Positions 27,216-42,212 of a stretch of 64,000 nt of DNA are shown piece by piece (within the stretch, counting starts at the first letter, position 1; every line of letters begins with the position of its first letter). The position numbers and the translations under genes are program-made. The notes beneath the pieces are model-generated. The model was not told the origin of the DNA, ran no database searches, and saw only the letters and a list, made by a program, of their open reading frames with translations. The stretch comes from Flaccisagitta enflata (lineage: Eukaryota): the NCBI GenBank assembly GCA_965153355.1, contig OZ231126.1:35464001-35528000 (forward strand). The letters are read 5' to 3'.

Positions 27216-27487
27216 TATCGCTGTTCTTACTGCTCTTGCTCTTTTTCTTTTTTCTGCCATCAACCTATCATGGTTCTTATTGCCACTGATGTTATTGTTG
27301 TCCTCATGGGTGTGCATCTGACACGAACCTCTGATCTCTTAGTTACGCCTTTCGTCACAAAATTGCAGAATCAAAGGTCTTTTCTTGTCAAGCTTCTGCC
27401 CCGGGCTTCGATTTACTCCCCAACAACCAAAAGAATGAATTATCTGGAAAAAATATATTCGCATATCCAAGGAACATCTCATATTTT

Positions 27488-27620
<133 letters not shown>

Positions 27621-28032
27621 TCCATTCATCGTTTGGTTCGTGGTGGCAACCCTTCGGGCATCAAGAGCATTCAAGGCATTCAAAATCTTATTATACTCCC
27701 GTTTCTGACGTACATATACATACTTTTATTTGAAGGAAGGCCAGATGCGTAAAGCCATACAATAACCCGTATTTTGTGAATGCCGAAAGCGAATTTTGGG
27801 CGTACATGCATCCATGTTATTTGTTCATCTTTAGGGGAGGATTTGTTATAATCATATAAAGGATAGAAAAAAATTATAAATGCATCAATGCGATATACGT
27901 TTCACAAAGATCACGGTCAAAGTTTAAAGGTAATAATTTTTTTTGGCAAGAGACTTTGTCCGTTGTCCACACAATTCCCCCATCATGATCAAGCATCATC
28001 TAAAACTGTGTCATCGTTGTCCATTTCTATCG

Positions 28033-28343
28033 TTTTTAGCTGCGTCCATAAGAGGGTCTGTCCGTCGGTCCGTCCGTCGGTCCGTCCGTCGGTCCGTCCG
28101 TCTGTCGGTCCATCCGTCCATCCGTTACGCCTGTGCAAAAACCGCGTTTCTCGACTGTTTAAGGCCACGGAGAGATCCTATACTGAATCAAATGATCAAC
28201 CAACATGTTGTGAATTGAGAGCCTCCTTCACTACTCAGTCGTTTCATCTGTCAGCTCGTCCATCTGTCTTTCCATTCTATGTCACATTTTCAATACACAC
28301 AGAGACACAATCGGGACGCATCGTTGCCCGGTCGGGCTTGTTT
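28033..28343 (+). mobile_element. HINE-like short element
   Basis: TTTTAGCTGCG..ATAAGAGGGTCTGTCCGTCGG, then (GTCC)n, then GGACGCATCGTTGCCCGGTCGGGCTTGTT. Confidence 0.6.
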
Positions 28344-28890
28344 AGTCGAATTCGAATTGTCTTCCAAAAGGAAGGGAAGTAATATACGAGAGAGGAACAA
28401 GGATGACTTCATGAGCGGGTGAATGGTCATTTTGGCATTGATGGCAGTCGTTGAAAATGGAACCAACGATTCAAACCATTCAGTGAGATGACGACCACGA
28501 CTTAACCATGGCCAGGAACTGTCACTCGATATCTCCACTTTCACCTCCACTATCACCACCATAAACTCATCTCCTACCACGATCTCTCCATCGGCCACCA
28601 CCATTACGAACTCTGAGAACGGACACGCCTACCAACGTTGCAATTGGCTGGCAGAATGACGACAGTCATAAGCAAAAAACACGAGGACGATCATGACAGC
28701 AATCGTCATCTATGATCAAGTCGAAAAGACGACAGTGAAAGTAGAGACTCTCTGTTATGACAGCCTGAAGACGATGTCACTTGTCATCATTCATAATGTA
28801 TAATGACGGAGAAACGACGCCATTCCACCCTAACACCACGTCACCAACACACAGACACACACATACATAAACAGACAGACACAGACAGAC

Positions 28891-29057
<167 letters not shown>

Positions 29058-29288
29058 CATCACACACAAATGAGCTCATAAATACACAAAAAAATAGTGA
29101 AACAAACAAACAAACATACAAACATAGCGGAGAGTGATAGAGGGGCGATGAAACGAAATACACAGACAAACGAAAAGACAGAAAAAGATGAAAGTGATGA
29201 AAAGGAGGCGACTTCTTTCGAGGACATTTTTATTTCTGAGAATCCTTTTGACTGAAAAGAAAATCTGCATTCCTTAAGGTAATTGCGG

Positions 29289-29429
<141 letters not shown>

Positions 29430-29637
29430 CGGTCGTGAGCCCTGGGAGGTCAGTGTGAAAGTGCGAATCACTTACCTTTCAAAAGAAGTCTAAATGAGAT
29501 TCCCCAATTCATTCGTCTCATCCTCATCACCTTTCAGATCTTCTTTTCTTTCTTTTGCCACACCAACCCAACATCTTCAAATCTTGATGACAATCTTCAA
29601 ATTATCTACTATTCTTATACAGAGGTGAAATTCGGCC

Positions 29638-29795
29638 TTTTTAGTCGCGGACGCGACTCTACACCTTGCCGTGTTGGTCTGTCCGTCCGTTCGTCTATCT
29701 GTAAGTCCGTCACATTTATGAATTTCGAGCGGTTTTCGCATTACTGCCCCTGTCCATCCGTCCACGACTGTCTTGCCGTGTATCCGGCCTCGTTC
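29638..29795 (+). mobile_element. HINE-like short element
   Basis: TTTTAGTCGCGGACGCGACTCTAC..(GTCY)n..GCCGTGTATCCGGCCTCGTT. Confidence 0.65.
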
Positions 29796-30520
29796 TAATC
29801 GTTGGCAAGGCCGATTTTGGTTGCCATGGTCAAATAAAGGGCGAGTCGAAAAGTGATGTGGACGGCAATACAGTCACTTGGGCGTTCAAAATGCGCCCAC
29901 CTGAATGTGCCTACATTCTCATCTCATTTCATACCATGACTGGTCTATCATCTCATCTAGCGAGTCGATTTCCGGTATGTGATGTATAGTTGATACTTTT
30001 CTTTATTTGGTCTATCACATCATATAGTATATGATATAAGGAAATGATTGAAACGCAGTACATAAAAAGATGTCATTCCACCATGGTAACGAACTCAATG
30101 GGGCATAGACCGCGAGATACTCTCACATGATCATGTCTTTTTATGTCTTTTTATGTCCAAACCCATATAACGAACCCGTTTTCATATACGAAGCGATCGT
30201 TTTATAACATCTCTTTTGAGTGGTGGGTGAATCGCGATGGGAGGATCCCGACGATAATTCCTTACATTGCCGCTTTCATATATACTCGTCCGTATTATTC
30301 ATGGCAGAAAAATGGAAATTGGTTAGGACTGAGAGAGAGAGAGAGACTCGAAGCCACCCAACGCTTCTTTTAACTTCTTTATCCCCGTACTTCGGGCGTT
30401 ACCTTGGACATAAAGGCCTTTTTTCAAGTCCGAATAATGGAAATGTTGTAAATGAAACTTTATATAAAACGATAAAGGAGAGAGAGAGAGAGAGAGCTAA
30501 GATGGAAAGACAGACATAGT

Positions 30521-30553
<33 letters not shown>

Positions 30554-30803
30554 TAGACAGGCAGAAAGAAAAGAGCCAGGGAGATGGAAAAAAGAGGGGG
30601 GAGGTAATAAAGCGTTGAAGATCCTTTGAGATCGAGGGACCAATTAAACCAAATTAGTATTCATGGGCTCTCGGGTTTTCTCCTTTCAAATGACGCTGAA
30701 AATTTGTTTGAAAAAGATGCACGACAACGATATTACGCTCTGTCTCTCTCCTTCTCGCTTCCCGGCGGCTAAAAGGTATCCCAACTCCTTATTATATCTC
30801 TTT

Positions 30804-30910
<107 letters not shown>

Positions 30911-31841
30911 GTCCTTGTACCTTTTGTATCTCCTTTTTTGTTGCCTTTTCGACTTTTTTCCCCTCAAATGAAGGGAGATTGTTATCTCCTTTTCTTCTCC
31001 TCCATTCTTATCCTTGTCTATCTTCGCCATCGAAAATTGTCTCTCGGAGACGCGACGACGGCGGATAAATTAAGACCATGGATCGTTTACAACAAAAGAA
31101 CAACATCGAGAACAGAGAAACACTTTGAGTAGAACACGCTTTCATACTCGACGACCACAACAACAACAACAACATCAACGATAGACAAAAACAGGACAAA
31201 CCCATGAGATATTCATCATGATCATATCAATAAGTAAAAATCGAATTCCTCGTTTCATATGCACTTCATTGTCTCTATGAGTATGATCTATGTAATTCTA
31301 CAGCAGTTTAATGACAGCATCAAATATCAACAAAAAAGGAAGCTTACTTAAAGAGACCCTCAACTCAACAATGCTCAACCTAGGCTCGTTCAAAACGGAG
31401 TAGACCCAATAATGATGTTACGGGATTGTTTGCCTCAATTTCAAGTAAGCACCGGATCTTCGGCATCTCTCAAACTCAAGCGTTCTACGTTCTTTAAAGC
31501 GTTTTCTGACCTTCGCGTATCCGAGCAAAGATTGATGAGCGGGTGATAATCGCGCGATATGATGACGATTTAACGACACAGTTTAAAAATTCATGATTAA
31601 ATAGATTATAATCGACGTAAGGAATTTGAAAAGAGAGAACGCAGGAGAGAGGAGAAGGGGATATTTTATGAGGGTGATATGGTGGAGAAGGTAAGGAATC
31701 CGAAATAGGAGGTGGTCGGGAGGTGAGGGAGGAAAGAAGTTAGTAATAGAGAGGATTGGGGGTTGTTACGGGCGAACTGTTGGCGTGAAACATCGCGTTC
31801 TCGCAAACATCGATGATACGAACAACGGAAGGAGGTGTTTC

Positions 31842-31946
<105 letters not shown>

Positions 31947-32470
31947 AGAAGCAAGGATGATAAAAGAAGATGGTTTCTTCCATCCCTGCGAGACGCTAAA
32001 TAGAGCCTAAAAACACCTCAAGGAATAGCCATGAATAATTTTTAACGCTCCGATGATGGGATGAAAACCACGAAAGGCTTTATAGGTACGTCTCAGGAGT
32101 CCGATGGAACCGCGATCAACAAAACCGCCATGAGGAGAAGGAGGAGAGGGGGAAGGAGGAGAGGGAGAAGGAGGTGTAAAAGGAAAGAGAGAAGCGGAGA
32201 GGAGGAAGGTTGCGAAGAAGGAAAGGGAGGAAAAGGAGGTAGAAAGAAGAAAAGGTGAGAAAGGGAAGACAGAAGAGAAGAGGAAGGAAGGAAGAAGGAA
32301 GAAGGAAAGGGAGAAGGAGAATGGGAGAAAGGTGAGCGAAGAGAAGGCGAAGGAGAAAATGCGAAAAGAGAAATATCGAAAGGGGCGTGTACATTGAGGA
32401 GGTTTTGGGATGGAAGGTTGAAGAGAAGAAGTGAGGACGGAAAAAGGAAAGGCAGAAAGAATTGGTACTA

Positions 32471-32647
32471 CAGTTGAACCCCTCTCTAATGGACCCGCCA
32501 CCAACGAAATTCCACCTATAAAAAATGCAAAATCATCGTCCCTTCAAGTTAATTTCTTTTATTTCCTTTGTTGGCAATAACAGAAGTCCGCCTATTACAA
32601 AAGAAAATTGTTGATCCCCTGAAATATGTTAGAGCGGGGTTCAACTG
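32471..32647. mobile_element. Tc1/mariner-type MITE
   Basis: TA TSD on both sides; TIR CAGTTGAACCCCTCTCTAA / TTAGAGCGGGGTTCAACTG. Confidence 0.9.
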
Positions 32648-32702
32648 TATATGGTTACCTAGTCAAAGGAATCAGATGGGTAGGGGAGATATCTACACGG
32701 TT

Positions 32703-32767
<65 letters not shown>

Positions 32768-32769
32768 GC

Positions 32770-32801
<32 letters not shown>

Positions 32802-33479
32802 TTGCATTTCCTCATGCAACTGTTGCTGCAATATTTTCTTTTGTTGTTGTTTTGAGTAAGACGCCGAAAGCATTTGTTCCCGAGAAGGATAAAGAAACAA
32901 AGGAGTAGCAAAAAGATGTTGTTATAGAGGATGAGGTGGAGGAGGAGGAGAGGGAGGGGAAAGAGGATGAGTAGATCATGAGGAGGAACGGAAAAACGAT
33001 TATGACGAGGCGGTGTACGCAAAACCGAATATCTGATTGGGATGGTGACGACTCACAACGACGGCTCTTTTCTACGCTTACTTTTTGTCCTCTCTGCATG
33101 TGTTCTCACTTCTAAGATACTTTTTGAAACGCAATTGCGTGCACTGGCATGCACAGTCACACGCTGAGATAGGGAAGTTGAACCAAGCATAACATTTACA
33201 TTCTAACCAATTCATATTTTCACTGAAATTCTGCCTTCAAAATTTGCCGTTGATCGTTTAGAGGTCATAACTGACGAGGAGGAGATGTTTCCTTCATTTC
33301 CTCTTTTTAATCATCACTTGACTATCTCGGTCTGCCTTATTGTATCTTTTTCTATTCGTCGGTCTGTCCGTCTATCTGTCTGCCTATCTATCTGTCAGTC
33401 CGTCTTTTTTTTCTGTCTGAGACGGTCCATGACGCTACCATTTTTCGCTGTTTGTCTGTTACACCTGTCTGTCTGTCTC

Positions 33480-33550
<71 letters not shown>

Positions 33551-33703
33551 GGCTGTCTGTCTGTCCGTCTGTCTATCTGTTCTTCTAGTTCTCTCTCAAT
33601 TTATCTTTCTGTCTTTCTGTCTCAGTATATACGTCTGTTTATCTCAGTCAGCTCTCTGTCCCTCTCTGCCTGTCTGTTTATTGGTCTGTCTCTGTGTGTG
33701 TGC

Positions 33704-33813
<110 letters not shown>

Positions 33814-34097
33814 CCACTGAATGTTGGCCAACAGACTCCATGAGACTACGAGTCCGTGTTTCAGTTTTCAGTCCGATGATCCATTTGAGAGATCCTCCTT
33901 CAAATTGAAAAGCGGTTTTAATTTTGCCGAGTCTCTTTAGATTTTTTGCTACGACTTGAAATGATCATCACTTTTTTTTTCTTTCCGGCCTTGTTTCTTC
34001 TTATCTATCAAAGCTTGTACATCTGTCCGTCTCTCTGGCTTATTGAAAAGATGGAGATATACCGGAAATACTTGGAATAACCCAGATGAAGATTCAT

Positions 34098-34134
<37 letters not shown>

Positions 34135-34642
34135 CCGGTGACGTGCTCCTAGAAAATTTGAAATTGCATCTTTTTGCAACAAAATGTGGCCCTCAAACGA
34201 GAAATATTATCCGGATGAATATCAGTGCGAAAAAGTGTTTGAGCGCCAAAAAATGCTATGTGCGACCATTGGTCACTGATCATGAACCCCCAAGAATGGA
34301 CGCACCGACAAAGTGGAACATAAAATACCGTACGGACGACCTGAAAGGGCCTTTCGCCAATCGTATTTACCTCGCCATCGCTTATGTATGCCTTATCTTT
34401 CAGTTCTTCAAGAATGCACGTTTGAGTTTTATTCCAGGAAAAATGACTCACAATAACCATTCATCCAATCACGATTCATCTCTTTTCTTCGCTTATTTCC
34501 TCCACAATTTTTTTTTCGTGCGCAAGCAGATATATTTACGGATATTCTCGCTGAAAACTGCGTGTATTCGTGTTGGCGCGTGCACATGAAAGAGCGATAG
34601 CTATCCTATCTATTCCTCTCCTTTCCTTTCCTTTTTTTCCTT

Positions 34643-34686
<44 letters not shown>

Positions 34687-34827
34687 ATATCTTCAAAATG
34701 TTGAGGATAGGAATAACATTGAAGAGGGCGGAGTTGAAAAATAAAAACGAGACTCGGGGGACGATTTTCTGCCCTTCCACTTAGCATTTCATGCGGTCAT
34801 GATTTTAAAGCGAGGAGGAGGCGGTGG

Positions 34828-35120
34828 TCGGTGGCGACTAGGAAGGGAGGAGGTGGTCGGTGAGGAGGAGGCGGTGGCGACTAGGAAGGGAGGAGGTGGT
34901 CGGTGAGGAGGAGGCGGTGGCGACTGGGTAGGGAGGAGGTGGTCGGTGAGGAGGAGGCGGTGGCGACTAGGAAGGGAGGAGGTGGTCGGTGAGGAGGAGG
35001 CGGTAGCGACTTGGAAGGGAGGAGGTGGTCGGTGAGGAGGAGGCGGTGGCGACTAGGAAGGGAGGAGGTGGTCGGTGAGGAGGAGACGGTGGGGACTTGG
35101 AAGGGAGGAGGTGGTCGGTG
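34828..35120. repeat. 43-bp G-rich minisatellite, about 7 copies
   Basis: Unit GAGGAGGAGGCGGTGGCGACTAGGAAGGGAGGAGGTGGTCGGT. Confidence 0.95.
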
Positions 35121-37881
35121 GAAGGTGATAGAAGAATTAGTAGACAGTATAGGAGAGCAGAAGTGAAGATGATAACTAAACTGAACTGGGTGGAAGGGTA
35201 GTGAGCTTGGTGATAGATAAAAGATGAGCTGGGGGGGGGGGGGGTCGGAGTGGGTGGAAGAAGATGGTAAAACGTGAGGAAGGGGAAGTACAAGTGTAGT
35301 AAATGATGATTGAAATTGGGTGGAAGCAAAAATGATAGAAAGGTTGTTGAGTTGAAAAAAACTTGGTTCAGTGGGTGGAAGAATGTGTTGGAAAAAACCT
35401 GAAGGAAGAGTAACACGAGGTTTTAACTTTCAAGTGAAAGATGAATAAGTCACGCGAAGGTTGTGGAGAAGTGTTGCGTAAGGAGGAAGGAAGTTGGGGA
35501 AAAAAGACAAGTTTGTGAGGAGTTGGAATGAGAGGGAAGAAAGGTGGGGAAGAAAGCCACCGAATTTGACGCGAAGAAACGGAAGTCAGAATTCGCGTCT
35601 CAGGCTCACGATTATGGGAAATACGACCTCTTTTATGCAATTCATATTTTTGCCGAAGTTCTTCAAACGTGGAGGCTCAAAACGATGATCATCTATAGAA
35701 AAGCAATTGATGGGCAATTAGGATGCATATTTGCCTTAATAGCGATATTTGCTCAAAAACATAATTTCCAACCAGCTTCTTTTTTTTTCTTTTGCGATTC
35801 ATTTCTTTCTGCTTGCCATTTTCTTATTCATAATCTCTAAACACCACATTCCATACATCACAAACCACGAACGATATGTACACAGTACACCAATATATCC
35901 TCATTTCTCCAGTGCACTATCACAATAATTGATAACCACCTTCATCTTCTCAGCCGCCTCCACCTCCACATCATCCGCCACCACCTCCACCACCCCCCCA
36001 CCATCCTCCACCACCGCCGCCTCCGACCAGGAACATGGAAATTTTTTCCGCCATTCGCTAGAAATCACCCTCCTCCTCCTTTCGGTTTAGCCCCCGCCTC
36101 CGCATCCAGGACCCTGCAGTCTTGTCCCAAGCATTTAGGCGATGTTTTCACAAATTGCTCCAGTGGGACAAAGAGGGCGGGGCTAACAGCAGACAAAACG
36201 ATTTCAAATTTGAATTTTTTTTCCTCAACGCTGGAAAGAAGAAAGAAGAAAAAATGAGGGGGAGAAGAAGAAGAAGAATGTAACCTTTTTTTAGAGATCT
36301 AAAGAAAGTAAGGACAAATGTATAGCTTTAGCTGCGCTGAGATATGGGAAATTCACTTCTGGTAGACTGCAACAAACCCATCAAACAATCAGAGATTTAA
36401 TAACCAAGATTGCAAATACTCATAGATTTCAACTTTAAAAGTTTTGACAGATTTTTTTGTAGGTTATAAAATGACGCCTTATCTGACTTGTGTAAATGAA
36501 GGAAAAAAAGTCCTACAGTCACGATTTCAAAGGTATCAGATGCAAGGAAAAAGAGATGGAAAACTCTCAAAGCAACTTGAGCAATTAGAGGACAATTAGC
36601 AGGAGAAAAATCGCGAGGGAGGAGGAAGCGAGCAAAAAGAGGAAATCAGAGGAGATACAGGGTCAGAAAAAGAAGAAGATAGGGATAGACAATGGGAGAG
36701 TGGGGATGGAAAGAGGAAGCAAGGGAAGAGAGAAAATCAGAGGAGATACAGGCTCAGAATATGAGGATAGACAGTGGGAGAGAGGGGATGGATAGAGAAA
36801 GCGAGGAAAGAGGGGAATTTTGAGTTGAAACAGGACCAGGAAAATGAGATATGTAGAGGAGCAGTGATAGTGAGAGGAAGCAAGCAAAGAGGTCTAGATG
36901 AATAAGATGTAAACAGACAGCTGGGTACTAAAGTGAACCAGGGATAGAAGAAGCATAGAGAAAAGAATAGAGGGTGAGGATTGACGGTAGAGGAAGGAAA
37001 GTAGGGTTGAGAAAAAGAGAAAAGAGGAAGACACGGAGGAATGGTAAAGGAGGGAAAGATGGGCTAAAGGGGAGGCTGGGTAGGGCCGAAGACAGCGACT
37101 GGAGCGTTTCGAAGCTGAGTCAACGGGCCATGAGGGCAAGGACACGAGAAAAACAGTCACCGATGCAGAACATGTTCTAGCGATGAAAAAGTGGTACAGG
37201 AAACTTGGCATTTGGAGAAACATGAGAGCAAAAACTTAAAACTTTTACGCGAATGGTAATCATTAATCAATACATTCTCTTTTTTTCGCAAAAATTCATC
37301 AACTTTTGTCTCAATCTTACTCATGAAAATGTTACCATCGCAAGACGCCAAAGTAAGTTGGTGGATTTGGGCAGTACTTTCATCTCTCTTGCGCCTTTCT
37401 CTCTTTGAAGGTGAGAAAGAAAAATTTAAGACGGTTTTTGCGAGAGACGAGGAGCAAGCTCAGGTGTCGATCTTCCCTCGTAATTCCATTCCTTTGTTCT
37501 CTTTCCTCTCTTTTATTCTCCTCCCATTAACTTCTTCTTCTTGGCTTTTCCTCCTTTTCATTTAATGGAATCGAGAAAGAGAGAGCTTTTCGCCTTTCCA
37601 AAGCCTCATTATCATGTCAAAGTCTTAAATTACATCTATATAGTAACAAAAGCAACTGATACTGACAGAAAAAAACAACAACAACAACAAGAGAGTCACT
37701 AACGTTCACTTTTTTCTGTTCTTTTTTCTTCTTTATGATCTCGTTGATTCTTTTTTCAGAATCAACCATTTCATCAAATTTGGCAACACCTGCCCAAGCT
37801 TTGGGTTGTTTCCTGACTATCCTAAGGAATTGCCCGTCTGCCTGCCTTGGTGCCGGTCTGTTTGTACAATGAATTGTCTAA

Positions 37882-37982
<101 letters not shown>

Positions 37983-38364
37983 CTTCTCACTCATAAGCGT
38001 CGGTTTATCTCCAAAACTTGTCCTTCAAATTTTCCGCGTCATTTCCCAAATTTCTTTCCGTTTCAACGATTTTACGCTTTAAAAAAGAATTCATAAAGGA
38101 ACAAGAAAATCACATTTTTGGTACGCCGATTAAAACAACACATCAAGTTCAGATGCGATGGCACGATTTAATACTAAAAAATCATCCCTTACTCCTTTCC
38201 TTCCAGATAACTCAGATACTTAAAAAATAAACTACAAAAATAACCTACCATGATGCATCCTCGCAACGCCATCTCGTCTTTCACGATCGACTCGCTGATT
38301 GGTCAGCCCGGATGTCGATCCTTGATTGGTCAAGCCGCATCCAGGCCTCCCAATGGTCAATCCG

Positions 38365-38397
38365 NNNNNNNNNNNNNNNNNNNNNNNNNNNNNNNNN
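38365..38397. other. Assembly gap
   Basis: Run of N. Confidence 1.
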
Positions 38398-38407
38398 CTG
38401 AACCATG

Positions 38408-38929
38408 TTAACCGCATCCGCAGCGACTGCACGTGCATTTGGAGCATTTGGTGCAGGTTTGCTGGGCCGGCTGCGCGGGCTTGACCTCGTCACCGCCGCC
38501 CAGTTTGATGGCGCGGACGGATCTGCTGTAAGGCAACTCGGTCTGCACCATCGCCCGCTGCACCTCCCATGAGTACGTGGAGACGTTTGGTCGGTGTCGT
38601 CGAGTCGACAAGTCCCAAGTGGAAGTCGAGGCGTAAAGCGGGCGGTGGTTGTCGTACAAAGCCGCATGCGATTTTCTGGCTGAGACGACCTCGTCAGCGC
38701 TACCATCACCGTCCCTACCACCGCCGCCACCATCATGCAAGTATGATTTGTGGGTTGGTTTGTAGGATTGGTAGGACTGACCTTTCACGCCGTAAGTTTT
38801 CTCTCCCGATGACGCTTGATACGGACTCTGCTGCGTGCCCAGCGGTCGGTCCGTCGTGCCGTACTTGTCTTGATACAGCAGCAGACTGCTGTAGTGAGGA
38901 TTGTAACTACTCCATCCGACTTTGGACAT
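38408..38929 (-). CDS. Hypothetical 173-aa protein with Cys-rich C-terminus; single coding exon, probable spliced 5' UTR
   Basis: GC-rich non-repetitive ORF from MSKVGWSSYNPHY to CTKCSKCTCSRCGCG*. Acceptor TTTTTACAG just upstream (~39043) and a donor AG/GTAAAA near 39776 on the minus strand. Confidence 0.65.
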   Translation of the reverse strand: MSKVGWSSYNPHYSSLLLYQDKYGTTDRPLGTQQSPYQASSGEKTYGVKGQSYQSYKPTHKSYLHDGGGGGRDGDGSADEVVSARKSHAALYDNHRPLYASTSTWDLSTRRHRPNVSTYSWEVQRAMVQTELPYSRSVRAIKLGGGDEVKPAQPAQQTCTKCSKCTCSRCGCG

Positions 38930-40161
38930 GATGGCTGTTGTTGTGAGGTGGTTTTTTTCAAAGAGTGTCGCTGATTTGACGTTTTGTTCTCGTTACAATT
39001 GGGCCTTAAGTTGCTTCTCCCAATCGGCGTGGTTGTGGTCTCTGTAAAAACAATTAGGAGAAAAAGACAATGAATGAAAATGACAATATAGTTGGACATA
39101 AGTTGGAAGAAAATAAAAGATGGAGGATTTTTCACCAGTCCAGAACGAAGAATTCTATTTGTTTTTCAGTTTTTTTTTTTATGTTAGGACCATTGAGTTT
39201 GAATGAATTAATCGATGATCAAATCATTAATTGTAAGAGCAAATTGATATTAACAAACACAAGTAATGGGCGATATGTGCGCCTCGCTGGTTATGAATAT
39301 GTGAATGAAGGTTTTGTATTCATGAATGAATAAATGACTAAAGAAAAAAATTAAGAAATGAAAGAATGAATGAACGAACGAATGAATGAAAATGAATGTG
39401 GAAAGGCAAGAGAGATGAACGGACTTAGATGCAACAGTTTTGCGCAGTTTAAACGTTTGCGCGACCGACAGACCGACCGACCGATAGACATGACCTCTTA
39501 CGGATGTGCGGGGACGCACACAAACATAAACGGATTTCAATCCAAATAAGGAAATTGCCGTCGATCGATTGAAAATGTAAAATGTGATACATAGGATCAG
39601 GCAGAACCGTTAAAAACCTTAACTTAAGGTAATAAGCGATCAAAATCATTGTTAACTTTTTGTTTATAGTATTATTGGTATCAAAAATAAACGTGCTATT
39701 ATTAACTCATCCCTGTTAATGCTATGAAGAAACAATAACAATTTTTGCTATCTTCTTTTTTTCAACAAATTTTACCTAAGTTTCTTTTTTCTTTGCCTTG
39801 TCGAGGGAATTTTTCCAACTTCCTTCGGATTCTTCCTCCTTGCAGTTGGCCGACAGACGTCGAATCGCTCCTTCGCTCACAAAACCTTTCTGCTGTTTGA
39901 GGCCGAGAGAGAAAAGTTTTCTTGAAGGAGAGAGAAATTCTGACCGCCGATGATGACGATGATGAGGATAGTGATGATGATAATAATGATGAAGAAACTT
40001 CTGGATTCTCTCTCATCTCATTCTGTTTCGATTCGTGCTCCCAGATCGTTCGAATCGCGCGCCGCCCCCGGACAGAAAGCGTCTCTATCTCTATCTCATC
40101 CCCTCTTCTTCTACTTCTCGCCCGCGCACCCGGTACATCAGGAAGATGTTCTGCTCTCATT

Positions 40162-40196
<35 letters not shown>

Positions 40197-40379
40197 TTCT
40201 TTCTGACCTTTTCCGTCTATCCGTCTCTATCTCATCGTCCGTTTCTCTCTCGATTTTTTGTCTGTCTCTCTCTACCAGTAATAGCGGCTGTCGCCGTGAG
40301 GAAAAAAGTCGTAAGCGTTGCTCACTTTTCACCAAGCTTTTGTCTTCAGTCACTGCAATTCTTTTTATTTGTTAGATCA

Positions 40380-41082
40380 AATCAAGAGCAATTGAATGTA
40401 TTGATTGCACTGAAAATCAGAGAAAAAAAAGAACTGAGCCAAATGAGCTAGATAAGCTGAAATATTCAACATCACTCAACCAAGCAATTAGCTATGCTCA
40501 CTGACATGCTTTTTTTTATTTGTATGCTTTAATCAAAACATTCATCTGTTTGAAATCAGAAAAAAAGAGCAAGCTAAAAAAGTTAAGTGGGCTAGAATGC
40601 TGAAAATCACCCTTACATATAAGCAGCTTTGCTCACTGACACTTTTACTTAGATTTGCGTGCTGAAACATCTATCAATATGTTCATTCATTTATTGCATC
40701 TGAAATCAGAAAAGCTAAGTAAGCTAGAATGCTCAAAATCACCCTCACATATGAGCAGCTATGCTCATAAACATGTTTTCTTGTATTTGCATGCTCAACT
40801 AAACTTAGATACACTCCTTTATTGATCTTACACAAAATCATAAAGAATTAAAAACAATTCAATTTGAATTTTTCTTAAATAGATCTTTAGGAATTCATAA
40901 TGCGAAAAATATTTGTCCCACAGATTTCTGCTTGGCGCCAAATAAAAGAAAATTATCAAAATTACTTACCCTATCAATTTCATTGAAAGCCTCAATCAGC
41001 CGGTTGCTATGCTCAACTTTTGCATAAGAAAATGAAAACCCTGTTTCTCTCAAATATGTCAAAAATCGAAGACTGACTGCGA
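40380..41082 (-). mobile_element. Older diverged relic of the same Academ-like left-end region
   Basis: Recognisable similarity to ~950-1605 (AAATGAGCTAGA repeats, AGATACACTCCTTTATTGATC, GGCGCCAAAT..AATTATCAAA..TACTTAC) with many substitutions; followed by a HINE at ~41084-41235. Confidence 0.75.
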
Positions 41083-41229
41083 CTTTTTAGTCGCGGACTA
41101 GCGACTCTATAAGAGGCTTTGTCCGTCCGTCCGTCGGTTGGTTGGTCGGTTGGTCGGTCGGTCCGTCACGCTCGAGTCGAAAAGTGGTAAAACATGCATT
41201 TCCGCCCCTGCCCACCCGTCCGCGACTGG

Positions 41230-41285
<56 letters not shown>

Positions 41286-41914
41286 TTTTTTCACGATTTT
41301 TTTTCTTATGTAGAGTCAGTGTGATCGTTGTTTGTTCTACTCCTCCGTGGTTGGGGTTTAAAAATTTCAATGCGTCCTCCCATTCCCATAAGAGACTCGT
41401 CCAATCGTCCATTGGTTATCAACATGAGATAATGAGCATCAAGGGCAACATTCGCATAGGTGCGACGCCCATGTCAATGTAAACATTCTCCTAAAATGTG
41501 TTCTTAGGCTACAATCAATCGGAATCGTTCGGAAATTTGCCCTATGGGGATTTCGATCGAGATTGTTTTTGTTTACAAAACGATTCATAGAGACCCAGAT
41601 ATCGTGTACATGTGTTCCCATTTACTTTATAGACATTTACTTTGTACACGTTTGTCATCGTAGGAATGTGTGATGTGTGCGTGCATTGTTAGCACCGTGT
41701 GCGTTATGCGCATATGTAAGAACTCCACAAAAATTAGGAAAATGTGGTGAGCGGGGGAAGAGAGGCCGAAAGAGAAAAACAAGAGGAAAGGTAGCTGATA
41801 AAAACAGATGGAGACCGTATAAGGAGTGTTTTTTTTTGTGTTTTTAAAGAAACGTAAAAACCACAATGGAACCTTGACAATAAATACGCGTGTGCATGTG
41901 CGTATATTATCTCA

Positions 41915-42016
<102 letters not shown>

Positions 42017-42212
42017 ACACATACGCACAAACGCCCAAAATTAAGCGCTTGGACCAACTCTCGCTTTCGAAAACTGACGTCATGACACAGACGTGTACAC
42101 GCATGTGCACACTGAGATCTATCCAGCTACAGTACGATGGGAGCAATGAGGACCTCAGATGGAGGGTCATTTCCTGCTGCACTATCTTAATTAAGTGGCT
42201 TGAACTATGGTT

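Noticed and set aside
25602..27317. 571-aa ORF as a real gene
   Set aside because: Composed of trinucleotide tracts and an unrelated tandem repeat; no domain or splice support.
35955..36130. Pro/His-rich exon candidate
   Set aside because: Derived from (CCA)n-like low complexity, stops early, and has no linked exons.
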